Positions 32,643-47,600 of a DNA stretch of 64,000 bases are shown here, piece by piece. Under the pieces are notes generated by a model. It saw only the letters and a list, made by a program, of their open reading frames with translations, ran no database searches and was not told the DNA's origin. Position 1 is the first letter of the stretch; each line of letters begins with the position of its first letter. The stretch is from Lepidodermella squamata (taxonomy: Eukaryota; Animalia; Gastrotricha), in the NCBI GenBank assembly GCA_047495785.1, contig JBLDXI010000003.1:4092001-4156000 (forward strand). Direction: 5' to 3'. A program made the position numbers and the translations under genes.

Positions 32643-35600
32643 TCATCGTCTCGCGAAAGCATTCGAATGAGAGGCGCTAGAGGCTGTTCGACAGTCTCGC
32701 AGTTGATTTCGCACCATTTCAAGCCGCGTGAGGTACGAATCGTCGCAAGTTATCACGTCAGCTGCATTGAAGCCGGCGTCGAAAACGCCATTCAAATTAG
32801 TCGAAAGAGTTGCAGTTTCGTAGCCATTTTGAGTGGCTATCGAATAGCCGACATCTACGACCGGCCCATGTTTACTGGAGGTAGTGTGGCTCTTAGCCGC
32901 TCGAGATGACGACTGCGAGCCAGACGGATGGTGCTCGGCTTGCAAAGGCCGCCGATTAGCCGACGATGAAAACAGCGACATCACAGAAGGGGTAGCAGTA
33001 TTTTGATTCGAAGAGTGCGGCTCGCTCTTAGTTCTAGTCGACGTCTCAGTCAACTGAGAAGCAGCGTGAGCCGTGAATTTTCTCCATTTTTTCGCCAATT
33101 TTCGCGTCCTGAAAATGAAACAGCAGTTAAAAATTGTTGAAATGCGTATTTTAAATTTCACTAACCTGTGCATGAAGACAATGGAAGCAGCCGCAGCTCG
33201 GAAAACAGCTAACGGAGCGAGTTTAGTTGATCGTTGAGCAGTGTCAGAAGTCGAACTCGACTTGGATGAGGAAGAAAGTACCGCATTAGCTCGGGAGTGC
33301 CATGATTTCGGCAACAACTGGCCCTGTTTCGAATCGCCAGTCGCAACACGCGTGTCCATCGATTTTAATTTCACTAAAATTTGCCGCTCGTTATCTCGGA
33401 AGTCGCCGATAACAAGCATAAGATAGCGTTTCTGATAGACAAGAGCCTTTCGATGACCTTCGGCCCTCACGTATTTCGCCGTGATGTCTCGAAGTTGTTG
33501 CCGGGTTGTGGCCAAAGACTTTTCACCATCGCTCTTCTCCTTTTGATTCGCGTCATTGGCAGGCGAATGGCGATTTGAAACTTGATCATTCGCAGCGGTC
33601 CGCTGCAACTGACGAATTTCGCAGCTCAACCGGTAAACGGTATCGCCTAGCTCTTTATTCTGAGCGAGAAGCGAGGTGATTTGATGCCGATTCGCTGACG
33701 GCAGTTGACCAGTTGACGGCCGGTCGAGTTCGTCATCATCGTCGAACATCGGCGGCGGCGAATAAGCGTCGGGGATGAAAGCAGCCGTACCGGATGAAGT
33801 CGTGGTAACAGGCGAGATTAGCAGGTCCAATTCATTGGCCGCCATTCTCAAACCAGATTCCAACTGACTCGCTACAGCGACTGAAACAGCTCCGCCAGAA
33901 GCTTTTTCGTCCGAATAGACACTTCCGAGTACGACCGAGTTAGAAACTGAGGCAACTATCGCGTTAGCCCGGGCAGCTGCCAGCAACATTTGGGTTCGAA
34001 TCGGAGTGATACGAGCCGTTAGTTCGGCTAAACGAGCTCTTAAAGTGGCTGTTTGTTCTATCGCGCGTTCACACGCCGCATCACGGGCGTGAAGGCGCTG
34101 TTTTAGCCGGTCGAATTCCGCATGAGTCACCCCAGCCGCCTCGAGTTCAGTCAACCGGGCCGTCAAACGCGCGACTTCACTCGTTTTCGAATCAAGCTGG
34201 TGCGATAACGCGTTCATGCGCTCTTCAGAATGTGAAGACGAAGACATTGCTCGGTCAAGGTCTCGCGTCAAAAGAGCCGATCTTTGCTCAACTGTCGCCA
34301 GTTCAGATCGCAGCCGCTCGTTTTCACTCTCGAGACGATTTAGTGACTCCTTAAATTGCCGCATAGTTGCCTCGGATTTCGATGAGAAGCGCATTTCGAG
34401 CCGACTTTGCTCCTCCCGAAGATTCTCAAGATCGGAAAGAATTCGGCAGCGTTCCAACTCAGTGTGCGTATATTTCTCCGCCATGTCCTGAGTTCGCTTT
34501 TCCTGATCGGCAATTACGCCCAACAGCCGCTGGACCTCGTTCTGAAGCCGATCGCGATCGTGGCTCGACGTTTCAACAGCGCGTTTTGTATCAATCAGCT
34601 CGTTTTGTAACCGAGTCGCTTTTTCACGATTCGAATCCGCCTCGGCTGATAGCCTAGCATAGGCTGCTTGTTGCTTCTCCAATTGTGTTGTGAAAGCCTG
34701 TTTAATACTGACCAATTTCGAGTCAAACCGATCGATTTCGGCCTGTTTTTCTCGAAGTTGAGCCTGGGCGGTGTCACAGGCTCGCCGTGTTTCTTCCAAC
34801 TCGTGGAGAGAAGTCGAGAAATGCGCGTCCGAATTGCGTCGAGCGCGTTCGATTTCGGCGTAGCTCTCATCCAACTGGCTTTTCAGCCGTTCACACTGAC
34901 TAGCAGCGTCGAATCGCTGCTGTTGCTCCTGGTCGAGTTGCGACTGTAAATGCGACAACTCGCCGGACTGATTACGTAATTTCTCATGATATTCCTCGAT
35001 TTCCTTATTCGCCTCGGCTAACACCCGCCGTTCCTTACTCAAATCGGCCTCAACCTCCCGAATCCGCTGCGACAATTTCTGGCAATCTGAAGTCAACGCC
35101 TGACGCTCGGCCGATGAGAAATCGGATGATAGCTGCGTGGTAACGTGAACCAACTGCCGAACAGCGTCAACACTGCCAGAATTCGAGTTCTTCATCTCCG
35201 CCGTGGTAGTCGTGCTAACCAGAATCGACACGACTTGGTCGATAGCCGAGTCGAGTAGTCGACTAATTTCATTGATAAAATCTCCAAACCGCTTCTGGCT
35301 ATCAGTTTCGCGGTAATCGCTCCACTTCGCCGCAATTTTCGCGACCTGGTCTTTGATCGCATCCAACGTTGATGAGACATTTGTAACTTCAGTTCCGACT
35401 GCGATCGATTTGACTGGGGCAATTTTGTGTAGCACTGCGATTAACCGATCGGCCATCAACGAGCCTTCCGCAGCCCCGCTCAACAGGAATGTGTCTGGGT
35501 CTGAAAGGCGCAGAATTTCCGAACTCAACTCCTCAAGCCGCTGTAAAATAGCAGCGAGGGGGCTGGTTGACGAACTACCCGACGGGGAAGACCCGGACGT

Positions 35601-38600
35601 GGCCGGGGTGACTAAGCCGTTATAAGCATTGCCATTCGCCGTAGAAGTTCTCGCCTGATTCGGCTGTTGAGTTTGACTGTTCAAATCTAGACCGACCCTG
35701 CGTAACAGGGCCGCGTCCAATTTGTCGGAAATTGCAAATTCCTGATTCAACTCAGCCGCGATTATCGACAGACTGCCCGGGGGAGCGATTGATTCTGTAT
35801 CCAATGCCTCTAAATCAGCATCGTTATCCATCTTAATCGAATTAATGTCATCTTTACGAAGCCCACTCCGCAGAATGGCGAGTTCGTTCTCGTAGATGAC
35901 AGCCACGTTTCGTAACCTGGCTTCCATTTCGTCATTTTGGGCAGCTAGTTTCTTCTCCAGCGTCATCAACCGAGTTTCTAAAGAGCGGCGAGTTGACTCA
36001 GCGATGTCGATTTGTTGGTTTCTCTCGCTGGTCAGGTCGTCGATAAGCGCCCGTAAATGTTCGATTTCGCGTTCCCTCTCCGCGAGTTGGTTGTCTTGAT
36101 TGTTGTTACCGGAGCCGAAAACACCGCCGTAAGAGTTGACGGTGAACGAGGGGGAGACATTGCCGTTATAGCGCGGGGTAGATTGAGCAACACTGTCGTC
36201 GTTTTCCGCCATCATATCGCGTTCGTTCAACAAATGCCGACTAGTTGTTTCGAGGGTTTGCAGTTGAATTTCACGATCAGTAAGGGCGGATTGTAAAGAT
36301 GAAATCGTCTTCTCGCGATTTTCAATATCGGTCTAGAAAAATTGATAAAACAAGAATTAAGATGAGCAGCGTTTTCTTTTGTCAATTTTAGTAAGCAGAA
36401 ATTTCGCAAGTGCTATAATTTTGCGCAAAAATACTGTTCAAAAATGAAATTTTATGGAAACACTAAAATACGTATTTGGTCTAATAGTAGCCCAGTCGCT
36501 AATATTATTTAATATTAGCCCTAATAGTAAAAGATGAGGGGTAAAGCCGGTTCGAAAACCTAAAAATGAACGCTTCATCGAAAACTAATTTCCGAATTTT
36601 TCTCAACTTTACTAAAATTTTAGTAGCCCGGGCTGCTACAGGAACAAATACGGTATTGATTTCAAAAGTTAAGATTCAAGACAAAATTTTCAGGTTAACA
36701 ACGGGGTTATGGTAAAAAAAATAATCAAGGTTGAGGGAATTTAATTGTTTATTTACCTGGAAACGGGTCAAAGCGACCGTGCAAGCGTTCTCGGCTTCCA
36801 AGAGTTTTTTCTGGCTCTCCTCGAGTTGCACCTTCAACTCGTCCATTTTCAACGCGCAATCGCGTTTCTCTTCGAGGAGAAGCTTCAACTCTGATTCTAG
36901 GGTTTGTAAACGACCGGCCTGGGCCTCCCAACGCGACCGAGTTTCGTAGAGTTCCTGCTGTAAGCGGTCGACGCCGAATGTAGTGTCGAAATTGTCGAGA
37001 TTCGAGTGAGAGCCACTTGTTGTAGCAACGCGGGCTTCTAACTTCGAAATCACTCCGCGAGCTCGAGATAGGTCGTTCTATTCAAAAACACAAAATCAAT
37101 GATGATGATGATTCATGCAGTATGGAAAACAACCAGGCGTGGTGTAACTATAGAGCGTAACGGCGCATCACTGTTTGCACGTACGCGGCGCATCGCAGAC
37201 AATAGCCCCGCCGGCTCACCTAGGCCTCACCCCGCTTGCACAACCCGCACCAGTGTGTATAATAATAATCCGCGAGATTTAGGCCGCACGCGCGCGCTTC
37301 CGTTCAAAGCAAAATTTTACGACTGGTGACAAATTAGCGCGCAATTTTATGACGCGATGCACTCACTTCAAGACGCAGCTTTTCGGCTTGTGCCGACTGA
37401 AGGCGACTCTGCAATCGGCCCGTCTCCGCGCGAAGCCGCTCCTCCGTTTCACCCAATAAGCCTTGCAATTCGATCATCCGCTGCTGGTTCGACTGCAACT
37501 GCCGTGATGACTCTTCCATTTCTTTTTGCATCTCGTCAACAGCCGCCTTAAAAATTGAAAAATAAACAAAAAATTATAATTCTCAGAAAATATTAAAGTA
37601 AAACCAGATAATTTTTAACGAACAAAACAAAATAAAACTAGAATTTTTTGGAAATATTTTCAATTCCTAACACATCTGAGAAGTGTAAAAAATTATTTAT
37701 GAATTGTTCTAAATTTTGGCAAAATTCCCCTAAAAAATTGGTTAAATTACCAATTTGTTGTTTGCCAATTCGAGAGCGCGTTGCCGTTCGCCGAGGCTTT
37801 GCTGCAGGCCCATGATCGTTTTTTGGTATTCATCCTGTTCAGCCTCACGCTCCGCATTTTGCTCATCCAAAAATTTCCGCAACGACTTGAGCGAAGCGTC
37901 TTTTGTCGCTAAATGCTGCGCCGAATCGCTCAACCGTTGCTCGTAATCGATGCGCATACGATCGCTCATAGCTATCAGCTCGTCGACCCGTTGCTGCGTA
38001 GACACCAACTGCCGTTGGTACTCATCGATAGCCCGAGTGGCGGCCGCGTCCATTTCCGCGACTTTTTCAGACCACCGAGCTTCGCATTCAGCCACTTGGT
38101 TGCTTTCAGAATCGCACTGCATCGAGGTGTCGTGGAGACTTTCCAGTTTTTTCTGCTCAGCTTCGATGAAAGAACTGCGTTCCCGCATCAACTCAACCTG
38201 GCGCTCGAGAGAATCTCGCAACTCCGCATCCATTTTCTCAATCGCATCCATCAGTTCGAGACTACCAGCGCGAAGATTAGCCAATTCCTCATCCTTAATC
38301 CGAATTTCCTGATTCTTCTGCAGTAAAATCGCCTCGGTGTTTTTCATCGATTTAAGTTGACTAGCTAGTTGAGCGTCACGTTCTTGCACCGCTCTTTCAG
38401 CCCGGCTAACGAAGTTCTGGTCAATTTCGACCTGCATCAAAGCCGCGTCGACTAGATCGAGGAGACTCTCGAACCGCTCGACCAGCCACATTTGCACCTC
38501 CTGAAACGGCCTAGCGATGTCTTCGCCATCAGTGCCAGCACCGATCGAGGGCAAAGCGGCGGCTCGAACAAGCGCCAACGCCTCAATTAGTCCTTCACTT

Positions 38601-41600
38601 GCAGGTCTTGAAACGAGTTGGTCAGTTTTCTCGCTGATCAACACTTGTACATGCTCAACGAGGCAGGCTAATAGGCGGAAAACACCCAAGGATTGCCCGC
38701 TGGTCACCACCAGCTCATTCGCAGCCAACTTAGCGGCTTGAATAGCTTCATCTCGGGACTTTGTAACATCCTCCAGCGTTTTCCGTAGACCCTCGAGCGA
38801 AGTTTCAAGATATTGCGTTTGGCCGCGCCATTTCTCAACTTCTTGCCTCAACTCTGATTCAACAGCATCGCGAAGATCGAAAATTTGCTGCTGAATTCGT
38901 TCTTTTTCGCGGTTTAAACTGATTTCAGCCTCGCTTTTCGCCTTCGCCTCGGCGTTTTCGACAGCGATTTTCATTTGCTGTTCGTAATCTGAAGCCATCA
39001 ATTCGGCCATTCGTTTAGCCGTTTCTTGCACTTGTTCCAGTTCTTCGTGCACCTTCTGACATTCTTCGGTCTTGGTAGCCATTAGCGCTTCCATTTCTTC
39101 GCAACGGCGCCGCCATAACGCCTCGATTTGATCAACTTCAGCCTCATGAGCCCTATCGAACTCCATGTGCGCCTCGGCTTCTCGCTGTTTAAACTCCAAA
39201 GCTAAGTCTAAACCGAAATATTAGATTAAGTACATAAATATTAGAAAAAAAATTGGACTCACTTCGCTCGATTTGCGCGATTTCTGCGGCCAATTTATCG
39301 CGATAGCTGTTTGTGACGGCCGAATCAATGGCGGCCGACTGTTTGGACAGTTCTTTCATTTGCAGCTCCATTTTGACGTTGAGCTGTTCGGTGAGCGTGC
39401 GGATCTCGCCTTCGTATTTGGCGGAAACGTTGGCGATTTCACTGCGCCGCTCCTCGTCGCATTTCTGCATCAGTTGCTTCAACTCGGCCGCGTGCGACTC
39501 GGCCAGGCGGTCCTGTTTTAAAAAGCGTTAAAAACAACTGCGTTTTGCTTGTTTTAAAGACGCACCTCGGTATCGCGAACAAAACTTCGCAGCGTCTCGG
39601 CCGAGTGCGCCGTGATTCGTTCGATTTCTTGCGCGAAACCGGAGCGCTCGCGGCTAAATTTGTGCTCCAATTCAAGCTAGAAACGAAAACAAAACACATT
39701 ATTATTTACTCGTGAAAAGCACTCGGAAAAGCGATTCAAAAATAACGGGCGCAAATATGGTCAGAAATCAGTTAGGGAATGGCAGGGCGGTGAAACGAAT
39801 TATTTTTAGCATCTGCACTAATTCATAAATCAATTGTAAATATTGCAGGTCCACAATGAGGTCCACCTTAAAATTTGAAGAAATCTATGCGTGACTCGAC
39901 CAACTGTTCTATTACGCAGCATCTAATTAAAGTTTAATATACGACATTTGGCGATGATTCCGGTCGAGATTGTTGCCTACAGAGCAATTGGATCATGGTA
40001 TTTTTGGGAAAATATTATGAGTGAGGATTTTGGAGGAAAACAAAAAATAAGCTTGAAAAGTTGGGTGTGCGTTGCAGCCTATAAACAAGCGTGTCAAGTG
40101 AGCCGGAGAATGCAGTTGCAAAAAACGCGCACAATAGCCACATATAAGATATTTATTCGATGATGAACAGGAGGCAGAAGCAGGAGGAGTCAAAAACTCG
40201 GGCGACGCGAGACAATAGGCGGGACAAAAAATGTGTCCAATGATGAATAATAATAATGGGGCAAGTTGTCGCTAGTGCCCGGATGGGCCGAGAGCGCTGT
40301 TGTGCCGTGTTATTACACTGTAGGGCTATAGTGGAAACGTAAACGTGGCGTGGGCGAATGTGCTACAAACGTGCGCGCCTGCAGCGCCATTTCAGGCCGC
40401 GCCACCAGCCCATATACGAGGACACACGCGCCGGAAAAATAAACATCAAAACAAAACTGCTTTCTTCCTGCTAGGGCATCAGCGAGTAGGTATAATTCGG
40501 GCGCGCCGCTCACCAGGCACCGCCTTAAAAACCGCAATAATGTGATTGCGCGCTGCCCTAATACTGTATTAACGATTGTTTCCTGGCGGCGGACAGCGAG
40601 ATGGTGGCGCGCGCGCCAGTATAGAACAAACACGTCGTCTTTTTATTGACCAGGCCGCTGCCGAAATAAAGAAACATGCCTCGCGCGGCTCATCTCGGCG
40701 CAGGTGTGATACTAACTGCCGGCAAAATGAGTATTTTATGGCTATAGGAGAATACGACACGCGACACTCCAGTAGTTTGGCCTGGTAGCGATATAATATA
40801 ATACAAACAATATCAATACAGAGATGAAGAAATAACACGCCGCCTTTAGTTATATAGGGACGTCTCGAAACAGCCCTAACTGAAGAATTAATATGCGCGA
40901 ATCGCCATTACAAGAGGCGGCAGCGCACGGCGCAGCTCAAACATCCGCGCACCGCCAAGCGCCTCCCAAGTGCCTGTTTTGCAGGTACGCGCGCGCACGT
41001 GGGCCGCCAATGAATATTTAAGGCATCCTAGCCCCACCCACCCATGATATCGCAATTCATCATCATCTAAGACGACTATAAAGAAAAAACAACACAAAAA
41101 TGGCGAATTAAACGCACCTTTTCTTCAATGTATTGATCGACGATTTGCTGCAGTTCTGCGATTCGCGACTCGGCCTTGGCTATAGCTGCCGCGTGATGTT
41201 CGCGCATTGCCGCCATTTCGGCCACTTTTGCATCGAGCCGTTGCTGGAAATCGATGAAAAAGTTGGCGCGTTTCAGCTGAGCCTCCATCTTCGAAAACAA
41301 AACAGAACAACAAGCAATTAGATGGGCGAAAACAAAATACTCAATGATAATATCAAGAATTTAGAGTGATACCCATGCTAGGTAAAATTAACGGTTTTAC
41401 TTATGCAAACAACAACAAAACAAGTAAGGGAAGGTTCAATTAATAAATTGTACATGGGAAGAGCTTCGTTGATTTCGATTTGATCGAGAATTAATGCTCA
41501 AATTTAGATCAGTAATTATTCCTCGCCAGAACCTCGGACCCAATATAATGGGAATAATCCTGCATAGCTAAGTGCACCGGGAAATTAAATTTTTAAATTT

Positions 41601-44600
41601 TCTTGGCAGTAAGAGGCATGCTTTTCGTCAGCGAATAAAAAATCCAAAATAATGTATACGACTTAATTTTTTGGCTATGCACCAAATTTCTGGCGATTCT
41701 CCAGAATTACCAAAAACCACTATTGATTATATTAAGCCGTTTCAGAGAAAATCCAAGTAGAAAAAATAAAAAATGTGTCCATAAAGAATAATAAAAGCCC
41801 ACCAAAATTAATTCTTATACAGTTTATGGAAATCTGACAAAAATGTTGTAGCGAAAATTGGAATAATGAAAAGCTTGATTTAATTCTTAAAAAAAGGAAT
41901 ACATCGCTCAAAAAGCGAACATATTTGACGATATTGCGTCATTTGAGCCCAAGTGAAAAATATTATGTAAAAATCCCATCTTAACGAAACTATTTGAATA
42001 TTACCTCCAGTTTCGACGAGACATTTTGTAGCATATTTTCGAATTCGCCACGCAAGTCTTTGTGATCAGTCTCCAATCGACGTGTAAACTCAGCTCGCTG
42101 TTCTTCAATCATCCGCGTGTACTCCCGAACTTTCACCTCCATCTCGTTGTGTTCCGTCGATAGATCATTGAGCCGAGTCCGCAAATGATCACGCTCTTCG
42201 GTAACAGCCTGCAAATTGCTTCGAGTTGTTAGTAAATCAGCGTGTATTTTCTTGAACTCGATTTCCCAGTCGGCTCGAATTTGCTTTATAGCAATGGCGT
42301 GCTCGGCCAATAGATTTTCGCGTTCTCGCATGACGTAAGCTTCACGTTCCAGCTCGTTCTGCTGTTTCAGCATCGAAATTTTCGCCTCGAATTCTTCCCG
42401 TGAGTCGTGGTGATGAGACCCGTTTTCTTTCTTCAAGCCATCTCCAATTCGCTTCAATTCGGCCTCGAAGCTGCGCTTCATCTCAGCCAGGGCGTCGCTC
42501 TGTTGAATTTGCATAGCAACACGAATCTCGTTCATTTTCTGCGTATGAATAAAATTGGCGCGTTCCAACTCGGCGGCGTGCATTTCAGCCATTTGGTCCT
42601 GAACGCGCTTAGCATCGTCGTAAAGCAGCGCCAATTCGCTAGCGAGCATTTTGTTCTGCTGTTCGAGCTCTTTCAACGGCGCGTCTTCAAAATTTGCAAA
42701 ACACGACGCATCGCAAGTCTGAACCGCTGGGCGCATAGACTTCTGCTGAGTGACCAGCTCCACAATTTTCTAGAATTTAAAAGTTAAATAAATAAGCCTC
42801 CTTAATTTTAGCGATTTTATCGATTTTTCGAATCTCTACGGATGTTAATTTCTTGTGTTTATAGGTAACTTGACTTAACCATTGTTTAATCAACAATTAC
42901 AGGAAATTAGTTATTAAATACTCTAAATAAGGTGAGAACTAAGCAATTTACCGCTTCGAGGTCTGAATTTTCAGCCATCCAAGCTTTCTCTTGAGATAGA
43001 GCCTTCTCCCTGATATCATTCAGCTGCTCCGTCAAAGTCTCAACCTGGCGGTTGATAGCTGCGGCTTCGACCGCCCAAGCCGCCTTCTGCTGGTCCATTT
43101 GCGCGGCATGGGCTTGTTGCTGCAACAACATAGCCGTTCGCAAATCGTTGTTATGCTGGCCAGCCATCATTAACAATTGATGCGTTTCGTCGAGTTGCCG
43201 CTTAGCCAACTCCAATTGACCTGATAACTGCTCGAGCTGAATATCAGCCTCGGTCCTAACGTGTTCAACTGCAACCGCAACTTGGCCTTGTGTGAATGAC
43301 TCGAGTGATTGCCGCATTTCTAATTTTGATAGCAAAAATATTCATGAAAAAAACAGGTAATTTTGCGTGTTAATTACGTTCGATCTGGGACAATAAAGAC
43401 GTGCGCTCGATTATTGCCGATTCGAGCTCTTGTGACTGAGTCTCGAGGCGCTGTCGCATACTGGTGATTATCGACTCGTGTTCAGTTATTGCATCCAATA
43501 GCTGATTCTGATTGGCGAGAGCGGTCTCTAGCTCGCGGCCAAGACGCTGTAATAAACAGACAGCAATAATAATAACAACAACAGGGCTTTAATTATCGCA
43601 ACTTGCCTCGATAGTTTCGTTGCTCTCGCGCTCGACTTGGTGGGCGTGCTCGAGCGCCCGGGCTATTTTGCCCTCGTACTTGGCTATCGACTCGGTTAAC
43701 AGGCGCTCGTGACTCGAGCGTTGCGTCTCTACCTGTGCAGCGTACATGTCTTCGATTTGTTTCCGCTGATCACGCAACTGCTCCTATTGCAATGTCATTG
43801 AAATGCGAAAAACGCGTAAATATAGAGACAAACCTCAAATGTAGCTTTTAGCTCAGCCAATTCCGCCGCGTGAGCTGCCTCTACTTCTTCTCGCAATTCA
43901 GCGATAGCTGTTTCCGTTTTCGCTGCCATTTCTTCGCGAACGACAGCCAACTCCTATATAACATAAATCACACGAAATTTACACGAGTAATAAAATTAAT
44001 TAACGAACAAAACAGAACAAAAATGTCTCACATAGTAGAAGTCTTTCTATCCGTGGCTCAAACGGAAAAGATTGACACGGGACCGCGATGCGAACTACAA
44101 ACTATCAACTATCACGCGTTCTATTTGTAAATAATAAATAAAGCGATCATGAAAACAAAATACGCAGCGCTACGAGACGGCAAACTAAAAATTACCGCGC
44201 TTACAAGATTAATTTCGTTGAGGCGACCCCACCCAGTGCTCTCGACCTTTCGGCTCAAGAAGCTTGACCACCTGAAAAATCACGTACAGCTCCCGCGAGA
44301 ATTAACAGAATTTGGTACGCGTCAAATGTGCGGCCTGCTTTTACTGTAAATAAAGGTGTTTCTCAGGCTATTATTGTTGTTATTACCCATTATAGCGAGC
44401 CGTATAAGAATAGGCGAATTAATTTTTCAAAGACGCAAGGCCTAATCAAATCTATAGCTGGACAACAATGCGCTTGACGTGCGCCGTGAATGAAAGACCC
44501 CAAGGGACTGTGGTCGAGCTGAAAAAAGAAGGCGAAACTTGCCTGTTTGTGGCTTTCGTAAATGTCGTCGAGCTCGCGCTCGTGAATGCGCTTGACGCAC

Positions 44601-47600
44601 ATCATCGCCGAAGTTCGCTCCGCCTCGATCGCACGGCCGTGTTCCATCAGTTTAGCGCACTCTTCGGACAATTTCTCCACCTGAAAGCGAAAAATGAAGC
44701 GAAAAATGTGAAAATTAACGCGTCAAGCTTCAAGGTGGGTTTGTAAGTAGCGATATAAGCATGGTAGCTGTGTTTGCCCGAGGAAATTAGGCATCGCAGT
44801 GGCAATCACATCACAACAAGCGGTTTTGATATTTGCTAAAAAGGGCACACGCCAGGCCTATTGACATTAAGATAGGGGTGTACGTGTGCGTTTCTGGTCC
44901 GGCTTCGAGTGATCATCATTTATTCTGCGGACTGACAACAATCATTGCACGGCGTCCGGGCCTGATGAACAAACAGACACCTGGTTCGTTTCGTGCGGTG
45001 CCAGGAAATTTGAAAACGACAATTACGCGGGTTTTTAGTGCTGTGGTAAAACGCTTCTTTGTCCGTCTTTATTTTACACATTTCGATAACAAAAACTTGA
45101 ATCAAACTACAAGTAACTAAGACCTAGTATCACTGGGATTTTCCGTTGAACACTCAGGCATTGAGTTCGACGAAGAACACGAAATACGACGATTAGTTAT
45201 AAGGAAAAAGTTCAGCTACAAAAATAGTGCGTTCAGAAAATAGTCTTACTTGCATCATCTGGCATTTTAAAAATATTTGAGGCGAAAAATTTTGAAAATT
45301 AAACAAGGCACATTATAGACAAGACAACGAAAAATAACACGAACTAAGGATTTTTTGATGTCATCGTGTCAACTTCACTATCACTTGCGCCCGTACAGCG
45401 CAATCAATTGCAACTGCTGTTGAGAGGTAATAAAAAAGTTACGTTTTTATGATCAATTCATCATTTTGTCAATCGTTTATGGCGAAATGACAGTGACCGT
45501 CGTAGGCTTACCTCCTTTCGCAGATTCTGCTCGCGTGCATTCGCGTCAGCCGCCATTTGCCGGCGTAACTCTTCAACAGCCTGCGAATGCTGCTCTGCAA
45601 GGCGAGCGCGGTCGTGAACCAGTTCAGCATCACGACTGGCCAGTGATTTCTGCAAGGAAAAATAATTAAAAAAATAGGCGAAATTTGAGCCTTTATACCA
45701 ATACCTATCAACCAAATAAGTTCAAGTGATTTTTTCTAAAATGAGAAGATAGTGCTTCTCGAAGAGTGAGAGAGAAATTCAAATCACAGATATGAAAACT
45801 TCCGCAAATTTAATACGTTAGAATATTTCAACTCAATTTCAACTCAATTTCATAATTTTATCTCAAATTATGAAGAATAATTACAGGGTGTCTCATAATT
45901 AACGCAACCGAAGGAAGTATAATGAAATGATTAATGTCAAAAACCGCAGGTGATTTTCGATCCGAGGTCTGACGGTGTTTTGAATGATCAACTATGAAAC
46001 TTACAAATGAATTGAATGGAAACAACCAAAAATCCGAAGGGATCTAATCCAAAAGGGTCAAATATCGAAAGGTAAAAAAATCGGGTTTCTTCGGGTTTTC
46101 GGCGGTAAATTCTCATTTCCTTAGGCGAATGAGAAAGGAAAGGATACAAAATGATTTAGTATCCTTAAAAGTACCAAAATTAGCTAAATGCTAATTACTT
46201 TATTCGATAATTTAATATCAATATCGGGGCTGTGATCGAAGGAAAATTGCAAACTTCGAGTCTTGAATAGATCTGAATGGGTGATCTTGGCGGACCAATT
46301 TTTCTACTACGGGTAGCTCTTAGGTATGGCCAACGCCACGTAAAATTGGGCTCTTATCGGGTCGTTCATTGCTGCGTAACAAAAATTGCAAAATTTACAT
46401 TTTTCCTTCTTTCACAACCATGTACAAGTATCTATTAGTTCGAAGATTAATTTTTCACTTGAGCTCTCTGCACTTGGGAACCTCAAGCAATGTAAGAATT
46501 TAGGAAATAATTAAACGTACGCAAAGTTGATCGATGCGCAAGGTAGCAGCTTCAAGATCAGCACTCAGCCGGTCGGCTCGGTACAAGGCCGTAGACGTCG
46601 CAGACTCGCATTCGGCGAGGCGCGTTGCCGCCGTCTCCTTGTCAGCTGACAAATCGCCAACCATCGCCGCTAATTCACCCTGCCGGCGTTCGGCCTCCGT
46701 CAATTGAATGCGTTGCCGCTGCACAACCGACTGCAGCTGCAACAGTGTCGACTCGAGCGACTCGCGATCTCGACGCCACTGTGCCGCTGCTTTTGATTCT
46801 TGCTCCAGCGCCTCTTGTAACAGACGTTTCTCAAAATTCGCCCCAGCCAGTTGAATTTTCAACGGCTTCAAATCTTCGACAGTTTCCAACAAACTATCAC
46901 GCTCAGTTTTCAACGTTGACAACTGCGTGATTAACACATCTTCCATCTGCTTAGCCGTATGATCGGTATTGATCAATAATTGCTGCCGAAGGGCTGCAAC
47001 CAGCTCCTCTGATTGGTGCAGCCGCTTCGATATCGAATGATTGTCATCTCGAAGTTGCGTGTTGTAAGCTTCAAGAACCGAAACACGCTGTTCAGCCATG
47101 CGAAGCCGGCGAACTGTAAAAATAACATCAGGGCGTAAAAAAATCCATCGACAATAGGCGAATGTCTTAGAATAATAGTAATTACTAATTCAACACATAC
47201 TTGTCGCCGATAGGATTTCGGCCGATAAGCCATCGAGTTTTATAGGCGGTCGGTCCGTTTTGCTACTGTTACCAGGCGGCGGTGTGATAAGGTAAGACGT
47301 CGGCTCGACCGGATCGTCCCTAGACAACGACGAGTGCGGTCGTTTACTATCTGAATTGTTCATGGCGCTGCTGTTACCAACCAGCGGCTGCTTCAAATCA
47401 TAGTCATCCCAGCGGAACCTATTTAGTACATAAAATAATGAGCGTAGTAATGGAAAAATAACAAGCGTAAAAGAAAGCTTGCAAGTTAGCTCGTAATCAG
47501 TGCGAAAATTGATTTTTTAAGGCACCTTGTAAGCTTTGACGTGACGTCGGACACCTCATTGACGACCCTCGACATAGCTGGCGCCAAAGCAAACTCAGCT

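Noticed and set aside
39900-41060. ORFs and CG-rich stretches in the large PACT-gene introns as nested genes or ncRNA
   Set aside because: No recognisable protein motif, consistent splice pattern or RNA-gene structure. It may be regulatory, but I cannot support that.
45882-45910. tacagggtgtc mariner-like terminal repeat
   Set aside because: No matching inverted partner was found nearby, so no element can be delimited.
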